64,000 nucleotides of DNA from Candidatus Terraquivivens ruidianensis (lineage in GTDB: Archaea > Thermoproteota > Nitrososphaeria_A > Caldarchaeales > Wolframiiraptoraceae): positions 12,792 through 76,791 of the forward strand of contig JALNLB010000003.1 of the NCBI GenBank assembly GCA_023267885.1, read 5' to 3'. Position numbers and translations under genes: made by a program. Shown here piece by piece: positions 10,253 to 19,191 of the stretch; position 1 is the first letter of the stretch; the number at the start of each line of letters is the position of its first letter. The notes under the pieces are model-generated. The model was not told where the DNA came from. It saw nothing but the letters and a program-made list of their open reading frames with translations, and made no database searches.

Positions 10253-10519
10253 TTGGCTAAGGTACTTGTGCTCATCAGGGTAATGCCGGTCGATGAGAAC
10301 GTCGATTTGGATGGGCTGGCCGATAAAATATCTAAAGGCCTTCCTAAGGGCATAGAGTTGCACGAGAGCAGAAGAGAGCCTCTCGCCTTCGGAGCGGAAT
10401 CCCTTTTAATGGCGTTTGCCATGCCAGACGAGGAGGGTCACGTTTACGCTCTTGAGGAATACCTGAAGGGCTTCCCCGAGATACAAGAGTTCATGACAGA
10501 ATTCGTAACTAGGGTTTAA
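10253..10519 (+). CDS. ef1b: Elongation factor 1-beta
   Basis: RVMPVDENVDL...EPLAFGAESL. Confidence 0.92.
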   Translation: MAKVLVLIRVMPVDENVDLDGLADKISKGLPKGIELHESRREPLAFGAESLLMAFAMPDEEGHVYALEEYLKGFPEIQEFMTEFVTRV

Positions 10520-10588
10520 GGTATTTTAAACCTACCGCTTATCTCCCAAACTATACTTAAATAATGCACGCTGATGATTTTTGATGAA

Positions 10589-12763
10589 ATGAGCAGCAAG
10601 GAGCTTAGGCTTAGGGTCGTTGAGGCGAAGCAGCGCGACGTTGGCTATGGTATAGCGAGGATTGACAGGGATGTCGGAGCTTCCGCAGGCCTTACGACTG
10701 GAGATATAATTGAAATAAGGGGAAAGAAGGTCACGGCCGCTACGCTGTGGCTGGGCTACACAGAGGACGAGAAAGATACGATAAGGATAGACGGCTACAT
10801 AAGGAGCAATGCCGGAGCATCCTTGAACGACTATGTAACGGTCAGGAAGGCGCAGGTGAAGGAAGCCCAGCTGGTTATACTGGCGCCCGTGAATAACTCC
10901 ATCAAGCCCGACGATAATTTCATAAAGCTGGTGAAGAGCAGGCTAATAGAGTATCCGACGGTTCAGAAGAACATCGTGCCCGTTCTCTTCTTCGGCAACC
11001 TATTCACGTTCGCTGTCATACAGACAAGACCTATGGGAATCGTCAAGATAACACCTAGGACGAAGTTGATAGTGCAGGCGAGGTCGGTCCAAGAGAGGGT
11101 CTTCAGGACTAGCGTGACATACGAAGACATAGGAGGTCTTCAAGAGCAGATACAAAGGATAAGAGAGCTGATAGAGCTTCCGTTAAGATATCCTGAGCTT
11201 TTCCAGAAGCTTGGGATAGACCCGCCGAAGGGCATACTGCTTTATGGCCCACCCGGCTGCGGCAAGACACTCTTGGCCAAGGCCGTCGCAACGGAGGCCG
11301 ATGCCAACTTCATACTTATAAACGGACCTGAGATCATGAACAAATATTACGGCGAGACCGAAGCGCGATTAAGGGAGATATTCAGGAAGGCCGAGGAGGA
11401 AGCTCCGAGCATAATATTCATCGACGAAATAGATGCGATAGCACCAAAAAGGAGCGAGGTAACGGGTGAGGTCGAGAAGAGGGTTGTAGCCCAACTCCTT
11501 GCGCTCATGGATGGTTTGGAGTCAAGGGGCTCCGTAATCGTTATAGGTGCTACGAACAGGCAGAATGCGCTAGACCCGGCTCTAAGAAGACCCGGTAGGT
11601 TCGACAGGGAAGTAGAGATTGGGATACCCGATAAGAAGGCTAGGAAAGAGATACTTGACATACATACGAGGGGCATGCCATTAGACGAGAGCGTCGACTT
11701 GGACAGGCTGGCCGAGATCACCAAAGGCTACACCGGAGCTGACATAGCTGCGCTTTGCAGGGAAGCGGCCATGAGGGCCATACGCAGAATACTGCCGAGC
11801 ATAGACTTCTCAGAGGAGAAGATATCACCAGAATTGCTGAACAACCTTGCAGTGATGATGAAGGACTTCCAAGATGCCTACAAGGAGATAACGCCCACGG
11901 CCCTCAGGGAGGTCGAAATAGAGACGCCGACGGTGAGGTGGGAACAGGTGGGCGGACTCGAAGATGTGAAGCAAAGGTTGAGAGAGGCAATCGAGTGGCC
12001 TCTTAAATATCCCGAGAAGTTTGAGAGGCTCGGCATAAAGCCACCGAAGGGCATACTGCTCTACGGCCCACCTGGCTGCGGCAAGACACTCTTGGCCAAG
12101 GCGATAGCGACTGAGAGCGAGGCCAACTTCATATCAATAAAGGGACCTGAGATATTCAGCAAATGGGTTGGCGAATCGGAGAAAGCCATTAGGGAGATAT
12201 TCAGGAAGGCAAGGCAGGCAGCACCCTCAATAGTGTTCTTAGACGAGATAGAGTCCATAGTTCCTAGGAAGGACTTCTTAGAAGACAGCTCTGGTGTGTC
12301 GCACAGAGTAGCGAGCCAGCTCTTGGCCGAGATGGACGGAATAGAAGACCTGAATGGCGTAATCGCAATAGGTGCGACCAACAGGCCAGACCTACTGGAC
12401 CCCGCTATACTCAGGCCGGGTAGGTTCGATAGGCTAGTATACGTGCCACCGCCCGACGAGAAGTCAAGGCTTCAGATACTGAAGATATACACGGCTAAGA
12501 TGCCGCTTGCGGACGACGTCTCGCTTGAAGAGATTGCGAGCATGACCGAAGGCTACTCTGGCGCTGACTTAGAATCGCTGTGTAGAGAGGCTGCGTTATC
12601 CACGATCAGAAGAGGAGGGGAACCGGAAGTAGTAACAAAGCAGGACTTCCAAGAGGCCCTCAGACTCGTGAAGCCGAGCCTCTTGCCGCACATGATCAAA
12701 GAGTACGAGAAGATAGGTGAGCTACTGAGGTCTTCGGAAAAACCTTTAACCATGATAGGATGA
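10589..12763 (+). CDS. cdc48: CDC48/VCP AAA+ ATPase
   Basis: N domain plus two AAA modules with GPPGCGKT, DEID/DEIE and RPGRFDR; alternative ATG at 10574. Confidence 0.97.
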   Translation: MSSKELRLRVVEAKQRDVGYGIARIDRDVGASAGLTTGDIIEIRGKKVTAATLWLGYTEDEKDTIRIDGYIRSNAGASLNDYVTVRKAQVKEAQLVILAPVNNSIKPDDNFIKLVKSRLIEYPTVQKNIVPVLFFGNLFTFAVIQTRPMGIVKITPRTKLIVQARSVQERVFRTSVTYEDIGGLQEQIQRIRELIELPLRYPELFQKLGIDPPKGILLYGPPGCGKTLLAKAVATEADANFILINGPEIMNKYYGETEARLREIFRKAEEEAPSIIFIDEIDAIAPKRSEVTGEVEKRVVAQLLALMDGLESRGSVIVIGATNRQNALDPALRRPGRFDREVEIGIPDKKARKEILDIHTRGMPLDESVDLDRLAEITKGYTGADIAALCREAAMRAIRRILPSIDFSEEKISPELLNNLAVMMKDFQDAYKEITPTALREVEIETPTVRWEQVGGLEDVKQRLREAIEWPLKYPEKFERLGIKPPKGILLYGPPGCGKTLLAKAIATESEANFISIKGPEIFSKWVGESEKAIREIFRKARQAAPSIVFLDEIESIVPRKDFLEDSSGVSHRVASQLLAEMDGIEDLNGVIAIGATNRPDLLDPAILRPGRFDRLVYVPPPDEKSRLQILKIYTAKMPLADDVSLEEIASMTEGYSGADLESLCREAALSTIRRGGEPEVVTKQDFQEALRLVKPSLLPHMIKEYEKIGELLRSSEKPLTMIG

Positions 12764-12991
12764 ATGCCCTTGAACGTGAAGTCAGAGGTTCACTCCGCAA
12801 TCTTGGAAACTTTACGAAGGATGGGCGGAAAGGCGCTAGAGCAGAATCTGCTGGATGAGCTCAGGGCAAGAGGCCTGGAGCTAATGCCAGAGATGCTAAG
12901 GCAGGCTCTGCTGAAGCTGGAGATACACGACAAGGTTAGGGTCATGAGCTTAGACGCTGAGCGGAAGCTGATAGAGCTCATCGAGGGCTAG
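12764..12991 (+). CDS. Small hypothetical protein, winged-helix-like
   Basis: Directly follows cdc48; helical pattern ending in LLKLEIHDKVRV beta hairpin. Confidence 0.65.
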   Translation: MPLNVKSEVHSAILETLRRMGGKALEQNLLDELRARGLELMPEMLRQALLKLEIHDKVRVMSLDAERKLIELIEG

Positions 12992-14025
12992 CCCAACCAG
13001 GCATCCAAGCTCGTCTCCCCCTTGCCCTTTTCTAAGGCAACCTTCAACTCAGCAAGTGCCTTATCTACCCTGTCGGATGAAAAGTCGTACTCCTCGCAGA
13101 GTATCGACTTGGTGACTGCGTAATCTATCTCCTTCCACTTAAGCGTGTAGTTGTCCGTGACGTTCGGCCTCAAGAAGGCTTGTCTTATCACTTCTGGAGG
13201 GATTTCTAAGTTTGCGTTCAACGCCTCTAAGACCTTTTCGGCATCTCCGTACTCCTTGACAAGCTTGAGGGCCTTCTTCGGCCCTATTCCTTTCACACCC
13301 TCGCAGTAGTCTGTCCCCACGAGTATGCCTATGTCTATCAAAAGCTCCCTCGTTATTCCCAAAGATGAGAGCAGGGCCTCGAGGCTTATCAGTTCAGGCT
13401 CGACCTCGACGTACACTTTCTTGCCCGGAAGCTTTCGCTTTCCGACTATGGACAGGTTCCTCACGAGCCTTGGCGAGCCGAAGAGTAGCGAGTCCATGTC
13501 TTGGGATGCGGACGCGTAAACGTCGCCCTTAGCGGTCATGTAAGCGGCTTGTGCCTCACCTTCCGACGGCGCTTGGACTGTTGGTATGCCCATGGCTTCA
13601 AGAAGCCTCCTCGAACTTTCCAGCATGTACTCTTCAAGCGTTGCCGCCCTCTGCGCGTACTTCCTGGCAGTCTCCACGTCGCCCCTCAGCAGAGCCTCCT
13701 CGTAAAGCTTCCCGGCCTCCTTCCTCAGCTCTACCCTTCTCTCGACCGTAGTTTGCTTCAGCTCCGGAGGCCTTCCGTCGAAGACATAGACCGGCTTGAT
13801 TCCCTTCTCAAGCAAGTTGATACTCCTGAAGAACAGACCGCTGAGGTGGCTGGTAATCCTGCCCCTGCTGTCCATGAGAGGCCTTCCGTCAGGGCCCCTG
13901 ATCGTCGCCAAGAACTGGTAGAGCATGTTGAACGCGTCTAATGCTATGGCCCTCCCCCTGAGCGATTCCAGCGCTATCGTCTGGACAGCCTCGGGCGGAA
14001 CTATGTCGCCCAGCTTCACGCCCAT
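12988..14025 (-). CDS. fen: Flap endonuclease 1
   Basis: MGV start, YQFLATIR, YVFDG, EGEAQAA, SQDMDSLLFG, GTDY, C-terminal PIP-like TSLDAW. Confidence 0.98.
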   Translation of the reverse strand: MGVKLGDIVPPEAVQTIALESLRGRAIALDAFNMLYQFLATIRGPDGRPLMDSRGRITSHLSGLFFRSINLLEKGIKPVYVFDGRPPELKQTTVERRVELRKEAGKLYEEALLRGDVETARKYAQRAATLEEYMLESSRRLLEAMGIPTVQAPSEGEAQAAYMTAKGDVYASASQDMDSLLFGSPRLVRNLSIVGKRKLPGKKVYVEVEPELISLEALLSSLGITRELLIDIGILVGTDYCEGVKGIGPKKALKLVKEYGDAEKVLEALNANLEIPPEVIRQAFLRPNVTDNYTLKWKEIDYAVTKSILCEEYDFSSDRVDKALAELKVALEKGKGETSLDAWLG

Positions 14026-14196
14026 GGCTCCTTCTGCACCGTAAGAAAGTGCGAGCTTGAAGTATAAGGGCGTATCTATGGTTCATGAAAAGCTGTCTTT
14101 CGGTCCCTGTAGTATGACGCTATTGAATTTCTCAGAGCAAACCCTCTCGAACTAGGAGAGAGCCCTTATATAAAACGCGATACAATAGGATAAACG

Positions 14197-14493
14197 ATGC
14201 GGGCAGTAGCCGTAGGTAGCAGGAGCTTCGTGCTGGGCTTCAGGCTTGCCGGCGTCAGAGGAGTTGAGGTCACCAATGCAAACGAGGCACTCTCTACAGT
14301 CAACAGGCTGATGAACGACCCAGAGATAGGGCTGATAATACTATCCGAAGAGCTGACATCCGAGATAAGAAACGAAATAAATGAGATAAGGACCAAAAAG
14401 CCTATGCCGCTCATATACGTATTACCCTCGTCCTCGACAGGCGCAAGGGATATGGACTATAGGTCTTTGCTCAGGCAAGTTTTAGGTATTTAG
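14197..14493 (+). CDS. atpF: A/V-type ATP synthase subunit F
   Basis: VAVG...GFRLAGV...IGLIILSE...LLRQVLGI. Confidence 0.93.
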   Translation: MRAVAVGSRSFVLGFRLAGVRGVEVTNANEALSTVNRLMNDPEIGLIILSEELTSEIRNEINEIRTKKPMPLIYVLPSSSTGARDMDYRSLLRQVLGI

Positions 14494-14569
14494 GTGGGCA
14501 ATTTGACGAAAGGAAAAATAAATATATTGACTCAAAAAAGTGAAAACCAATTAATAGGTCGGTGAGCCC

Positions 14570-15421
14570 TTGACTTCTGTCATTTCTTTTCAGCATGCAC
14601 GAGGCGGCTCTGGCACTTCGCTCATTTCTATGATTAGCGCAAAGATCCTCTCAAGCTTTGGTAAGGTTGCTTTGCTGGAAATGGACTTCCTTAACCCTCT
14701 GCTACATCAAGTCTTTCCGCAAAAAACCTTGAAGGCACACGTTAACGACTTTATCTTTGGTGAGGCAAGCTTGGACGACGTGCTGGTAGACGTCGGACAA
14801 GAGGTTGATGCGAAGCCGAAGAATTTTTGGGTTGCTTACATGAATCCGCTTGAGGGCGCGAGGAAGAGGATGGAGTTTGCCGACGCTACACGGGATAAGC
14901 GGATAACTAAGACTTTTGAGAACGTTAGTTGGAGGGTCGAAGGCATGCCTTTAGACTTTGTTATGCTTGACATGGCACCGTGGAGTAACTACCTTAACGA
15001 CATAACATCCATAATATCGGATGTTGTATTCTTTATCATAAGGCCGAGCAGACTAGAGCTTACGTTGTTCCTCCATAGGTATGCAACGCAGCTCTCTCGT
15101 ATAATAGCGAAGGTTGTGCCCATAATCAACTTCTGCCCTTCGGATGACGAAGAATATGTCCAGATGATTATTAAGAGATTACAGGAGAATTGTCCAGAAT
15201 GTAAGAACGTTATCACCATACCGTATTACCAAGACCTTGCCTCGGGTCCAAGCAAGAAGCTAATCAAAGATTGCTCGCATCCTATATGCCGCGATTTAAG
15301 TAAAGCTATACTCAGTCCCGTCCCTAGAGAGAAGCCTTTTTTCAAAAACTCAAAAAACCATGAAACAAACGGACTAGTGGAAAGGTTGCAGGCTATCCAC
15401 TATCCTGAAAAAACTCCCTAA
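14570..15421 (+). CDS. MinD/ParA-like P-loop protein with degenerate Walker A
   Basis: ISFQHARGGSGTSLIS, KVALLEMDF, DFVMLDMAP, IINF, IPYY follow the MinD/ParA motif order. Confidence 0.72.
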   Translation: MTSVISFQHARGGSGTSLISMISAKILSSFGKVALLEMDFLNPLLHQVFPQKTLKAHVNDFIFGEASLDDVLVDVGQEVDAKPKNFWVAYMNPLEGARKRMEFADATRDKRITKTFENVSWRVEGMPLDFVMLDMAPWSNYLNDITSIISDVVFFIIRPSRLELTLFLHRYATQLSRIIAKVVPIINFCPSDDEEYVQMIIKRLQENCPECKNVITIPYYQDLASGPSKKLIKDCSHPICRDLSKAILSPVPREKPFFKNSKNHETNGLVERLQAIHYPEKTP

Positions 15422-15797
15422 AGTTTAGTATCCTGAGGGTCTCCGGCTCCGTTAGCTCTAGCCCATGGAGCACCCTTCCGAGCCTGTGGAGACCGTAGAA
15501 AACTTGTCTTACCGGTATGGGTTTAGGGAACTTCTCCATCGAATCAAAGTCTATCCTGAGTGTCCAACCCCTCCTTATGCACATCCTTATCTCCTCTTCC
15601 TCCATGTCCTTCAGGTGCACTACGTCCTTAATCCTTCCGTAACCCACGAATGAGTCCACGTTTTTCTTCATTATAAAGAAGACCATGCTTCCGGGCTCGA
15701 ACTTCCTCTTCAGGCCTGTGTAGTACCTCCTCTTGGAGAAGACATGCTCCTCGTTGTTTTCCCCGACAATCCTAAGGATGAAAGCGTTCGCCGTCAT
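15393..15797 (-). CDS. EVE/PUA-like domain protein
   Basis: FEPGSMVFF...SFVGYGRI...RIDF...FPKPIPV pattern. Confidence 0.6.
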   Translation of the reverse strand: MTANAFILRIVGENNEEHVFSKRRYYTGLKRKFEPGSMVFFIMKKNVDSFVGYGRIKDVVHLKDMEEEEIRMCIRRGWTLRIDFDSMEKFPKPIPVRQVFYGLHRLGRVLHGLELTEPETLRILNFREFFQDSG

Positions 15798-15933
15798 TTT
15801 TAATCAACGACTTTTTGTCTACTAATATTTAATGGAACTAATATACGTTCGGTAGCAAAGTGTTTTAGGTACGTTCAGAGACTTTATTCTAAGCCGTTTC
15901 CATGTGCTCGCTGAACGTAGTCTCCGGTACTGG

Positions 15934-15959
15934 TTCGCCTTTCCAGAAAATTTTTCTTA
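15934..15959 (+). repeat. 26-bp direct repeat, copy 1
   Basis: TTCGCCTTTCCAGAAAATTTTTCTTA, identical to 16531-16556. Confidence 0.92.
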
Positions 15960-16035
15960 TGAAGGTGGGTTCAAGCCTTAACCTTCAAAAACCTTATTAT
16001 GGAGCCTCACTAAAATGGAATTTTAGTGAAGTAAA

Positions 16036-16245
16036 GTGGTCAGAAGCTCCCTTTTAACGGACGACGACAGGGCCCTTCTCTTAAAGGTCAGCAACATGCT
16101 CGACGAGCTCTTGGAAACTCTTGGTGTCCTCGAGGATGAGGAGGTTATGAGGTCTATCGAGGAGGCCGAGGACGACGTCAAAGCTGGTAGGGTTAGAGGA
16201 TATGAGGAATTCATCGAGGAGCTGAAGAAGTCTGGAGAGATATGA
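16036..16245 (+). CDS. Antitoxin of a RelE-type toxin-antitoxin pair
   Basis: Acidic; LLETLGVLEDEEVMRSIEEAEDDVKAGRV; overlaps the toxin. Confidence 0.85.
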   Translation: MVRSSLLTDDDRALLLKVSNMLDELLETLGVLEDEEVMRSIEEAEDDVKAGRVRGYEEFIEELKKSGEI

Positions 16246-16489
16246 GCTTAAAGTTACCAAGTGTTTTGAAAAGGATTTCCGAAAACTTGACCCGCAGGTG
16301 AAAAGAAGGGTGGACTCGGCTATAAGAAGGCTTGGAGATGATCCCCGTCAAGGAAAACCCCTTAGGGGAGAGCTGTCTGGTAAATGGAGCCTAAGGGTTG
16401 GAGATTACAGGGTTATATACGTCGTAAACGAAGCAGAAAAGGCTGTCATACTCTACACAGTGAAGCATAGGAAGGTAGCGTACCGATGA
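16232..16489 (+). CDS. relE: RelE/ParE-family toxin
   Basis: (L)ERYELKVTKCFEKDFRKLDPQVKRR...GKPLRGELSGKWSLRVGDYRVIY...HRK; the frame extends upstream to CTG 16232. Confidence 0.9.
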   Translation: MERYELKVTKCFEKDFRKLDPQVKRRVDSAIRRLGDDPRQGKPLRGELSGKWSLRVGDYRVIYVVNEAEKAVILYTVKHRKVAYR

Positions 16490-16530
16490 ACGTATTCTTC
16501 GAACAAAAACGTTGTGGTTCTTGACGCTAT

Positions 16531-16556
16531 TTCGCCTTTCCAGAAAATTTTTCTTA
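16531..16556 (+). repeat. 26-bp direct repeat, copy 2
   Basis: Identical to 15934-15959; the two copies bracket the TA pair. Confidence 0.92.
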
Positions 16557-16686
16557 CGATGACACTTTTGGAGCGCTCTCTATATATATAGCTGGTATTA
16601 GTTACGAACACGGAAAAAATTTTTTTTCCGTGCAAGATGAACTAATCGTCCGAGGTGTTAAAGGAGTCTGGAGAGAACCTAACGCT

Positions 16687-19191
16687 TTAAGAGGGTAGCG
16701 CTCTGCTAAGGCTTGAAGCTCGGCTTTTTCGGTATGCTCTTCTGGCCAGAAGTAGCAGGAGTGCGAAAGGCAGGAATGCTAAAACGTTCTCGGGTATCAC
16801 GAGGTAGGTGTATTTGCCGGTATATCCCGTGTACATGGTTATAGGTACACGTACGACTCTAACACCTCCCGGTAATTCTTCTACTATAAATGACTGGTGT
16901 TGGAACCTGAGGTGTATGTAGCAGTTGGTACACGTCGGTAGGTTCACGGGCACGAAGACATCCTCCTCAAAGTCGCCATAATAAGTACCGCTGAAAGAAC
17001 CGCTTCCTATTTGTGTGCCCAAGTTGTTGGTATTGGGCGAGACATAAACCTCAACAGAACCTACCGTAGAGTCTGCCAACGAGTTCCCGGCGAAGTGGAA
17101 GACCCAAGTCCCATCGTCTGAATCTTGGAAGTTATAGGTTGACTCAGACCTCCAATAATAGTATGTAGATGAACTCAAACTTTGGGAACCGGATGGTTGG
17201 GTCGTACTCATCGTACCACTTCCTACTGTGGTGCCACCGTTGGGGTAAAGGTACAGGGTCTGATAAGGCACGTAGGCTTGAGCCTGCTGTATCGGCTGGA
17301 AGCTCACGAGAAGCATGAGCGACGTCGTCACGAATAATATGCCAGCCTTCCTCAACATGGAGGAATCTGGGCCGAACCTCGAACCGTAGAAGAGGAGCAC
17401 TCCCAAGCAAGCAGAAGCCAGGGCAGAGGCCGCATCGTAGAGCACAAGGGGCCCCATACCGAGGAGAAGCCTTAAGGGAATGTAGGAGGATACTACTGCC
17501 ACGACGCTGATGAGTAGCCTCGGCATCATGGCTCCGATTCGGATGCTTCGGCCCATCAGCCAAACGAGCGTGGCGATTCCCACGGATATGCTGGCCATCA
17601 AAATGGCGTACTCGGCCGGTTGTGGTATCCTGCTCCCTGACCCTTCGATGCTCGTCAGCAAGAGCTTAAGGAGGGCGTAGGCCAAGAAGGAGGATAGGAA
17701 CGATAGTATTGCGCAGGATACTATCCCTGACCTCTTCTTCATCGATTGCCTGCCCCTGAAGATTTTCCTGATGATGAACGCAAAGATGCCCTCGGTAATC
17801 TTTCCGGTCTTCAGCGTCCTGAACCAAGCAGACTCCTTTTTACTAAACAGCCCCTTGAGCGCAGCCATTGCCTGAAAGGTTGCCAAGACATGCATGAGCG
17901 GAATGAAGGTGAAAGCTCCCTTCCAATGCCTAGACGCCCTGTACTCTAAGTATAGACCAGTCAGGTTGACGAGTGGTATGGCCATCATGTTGGTGAGCAG
18001 TAGCGACCACCCGAAAATCGAGGTCCAGAACGGTATCTTCACCCTCAGGACTTCCGCAACCAACCATACGACCGTCCCAAGGATGAGGAACAAGCTGCTG
18101 AGGTAGTATGGGGATAGGTAGAGAAACTCCAGCTTCTCCCTCAACGATAAGAACTTGCTCCTAAGTATCTCCATGAAATAACGCTTCACAGCAAAGGTGT
18201 GGCCTTCAGCCCATCTTGCCCTCTGCCTAATCAGCGACATAAGGGTGGCGGGGCACTCGGCGGGCGCAGCTGCCAGCTGAGTGTACTTGACCTTGTAACC
18301 GTCCCGATAAAGCCTGAGCGTCAAGTCCCAGTCCTCCGTCAGGCTGTCCCTCCAGCCATACTGGCGTAGTATGTCGGCCCTTATCATGAAGACGCTACCT
18401 GATATCATACGCATACCCAGCATCAAATCGTTCACGAGCAACCTCTCAACCAAGTAGTTGCCCGCGTACTCGGCGCTCACGGCCTTCGTTATCCAGTTCT
18501 CGGAAGCGTTCAGGACGTGCCACTGGTAACCTTGAACTACAACGATCTCCCTAGAGCTGTACAGCTCGTCTAACATCTTACGTATGCCTCTGCCGTTCAG
18601 TTGACCGTTCTCGTATCCGTTACCGAATTCGTTAAGTAGCCTCTGGATTATGTCCTTTGGTGGTATGAAGTCTGCATCGAATACAACGACGTACTCCGCC
18701 TCATCGCTCATGAACTTGAGCGCCTCACGTAGCGCTCCACCTTTGAAGCCGCTCCTACTCTTCCTGTGGATTATCTTCACGCGCGGGTCTTTTTCATAGC
18801 GTCTCAATATGGTGGGCGTCGAGTCGGTCGAGTCGTCCACGACGATGACCTCGTATTTCGGGTAGTCCAAGGAAAGGAGAGCTTCCATGAGCCTCGCCGC
18901 AACCTTCTCTTCGTTGTAGAGGGGTATGTGGATACTCACCATCGGATAGTAGCCGTTACCTAAGGGGTCGGTAGTGCCGCCGTTCGTGTTGTGCCCGTTG
19001 TGCCTTAACTTTATACCGCCGTTCGTGTGGAATTTGTTGTTTCCGTTACCGTTGTTTCCATTCCTCTTGAAAAGTATGTAGGCCGTATATGCCAGCGCTA
19101 GATAGTACCTTATCGCGTACGTAAAGAAGAGTAAGCCGAATGCCAGGCTGAAGTACGGTAGTAGCTCAAGCACCTGCAACGCTATCGCCAC
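16687..19191 (-). CDS. Cellulose-synthase-like processive GT2 fused to extra TM helices, an extracellular domain and an archaeosortase-type sorting signal
   Basis: VVDD (119-120), GFKGGAL, FDADF (172-174), TED (285-287), QRARW (323-327), WFRTLKTG; C-terminus VIPENVLAFLPFALLLLLARRAYRKSR. Confidence 0.88.
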   Translation of the reverse strand: MAIALQVLELLPYFSLAFGLLFFTYAIRYYLALAYTAYILFKRNGNNGNGNNKFHTNGGIKLRHNGHNTNGGTTDPLGNGYYPMVSIHIPLYNEEKVAARLMEALLSLDYPKYEVIVVDDSTDSTPTILRRYEKDPRVKIIHRKSRSGFKGGALREALKFMSDEAEYVVVFDADFIPPKDIIQRLLNEFGNGYENGQLNGRGIRKMLDELYSSREIVVVQGYQWHVLNASENWITKAVSAEYAGNYLVERLLVNDLMLGMRMISGSVFMIRADILRQYGWRDSLTEDWDLTLRLYRDGYKVKYTQLAAAPAECPATLMSLIRQRARWAEGHTFAVKRYFMEILRSKFLSLREKLEFLYLSPYYLSSLFLILGTVVWLVAEVLRVKIPFWTSIFGWSLLLTNMMAIPLVNLTGLYLEYRASRHWKGAFTFIPLMHVLATFQAMAALKGLFSKKESAWFRTLKTGKITEGIFAFIIRKIFRGRQSMKKRSGIVSCAILSFLSSFLAYALLKLLLTSIEGSGSRIPQPAEYAILMASISVGIATLVWLMGRSIRIGAMMPRLLISVVAVVSSYIPLRLLLGMGPLVLYDAASALASACLGVLLFYGSRFGPDSSMLRKAGILFVTTSLMLLVSFQPIQQAQAYVPYQTLYLYPNGGTTVGSGTMSTTQPSGSQSLSSSTYYYWRSESTYNFQDSDDGTWVFHFAGNSLADSTVGSVEVYVSPNTNNLGTQIGSGSFSGTYYGDFEEDVFVPVNLPTCTNCYIHLRFQHQSFIVEELPGGVRVVRVPITMYTGYTGKYTYLVIPENVLAFLPFALLLLLARRAYRKSRASSLSRALPS

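Noticed and set aside
14080-14140. Possible C/D box RNA (ATGAAAA...CTGT...ATGACGC...CAGA)
   Set aside because: All boxes are degenerate, with no terminal stem or convincing target; the region is a divergent promoter
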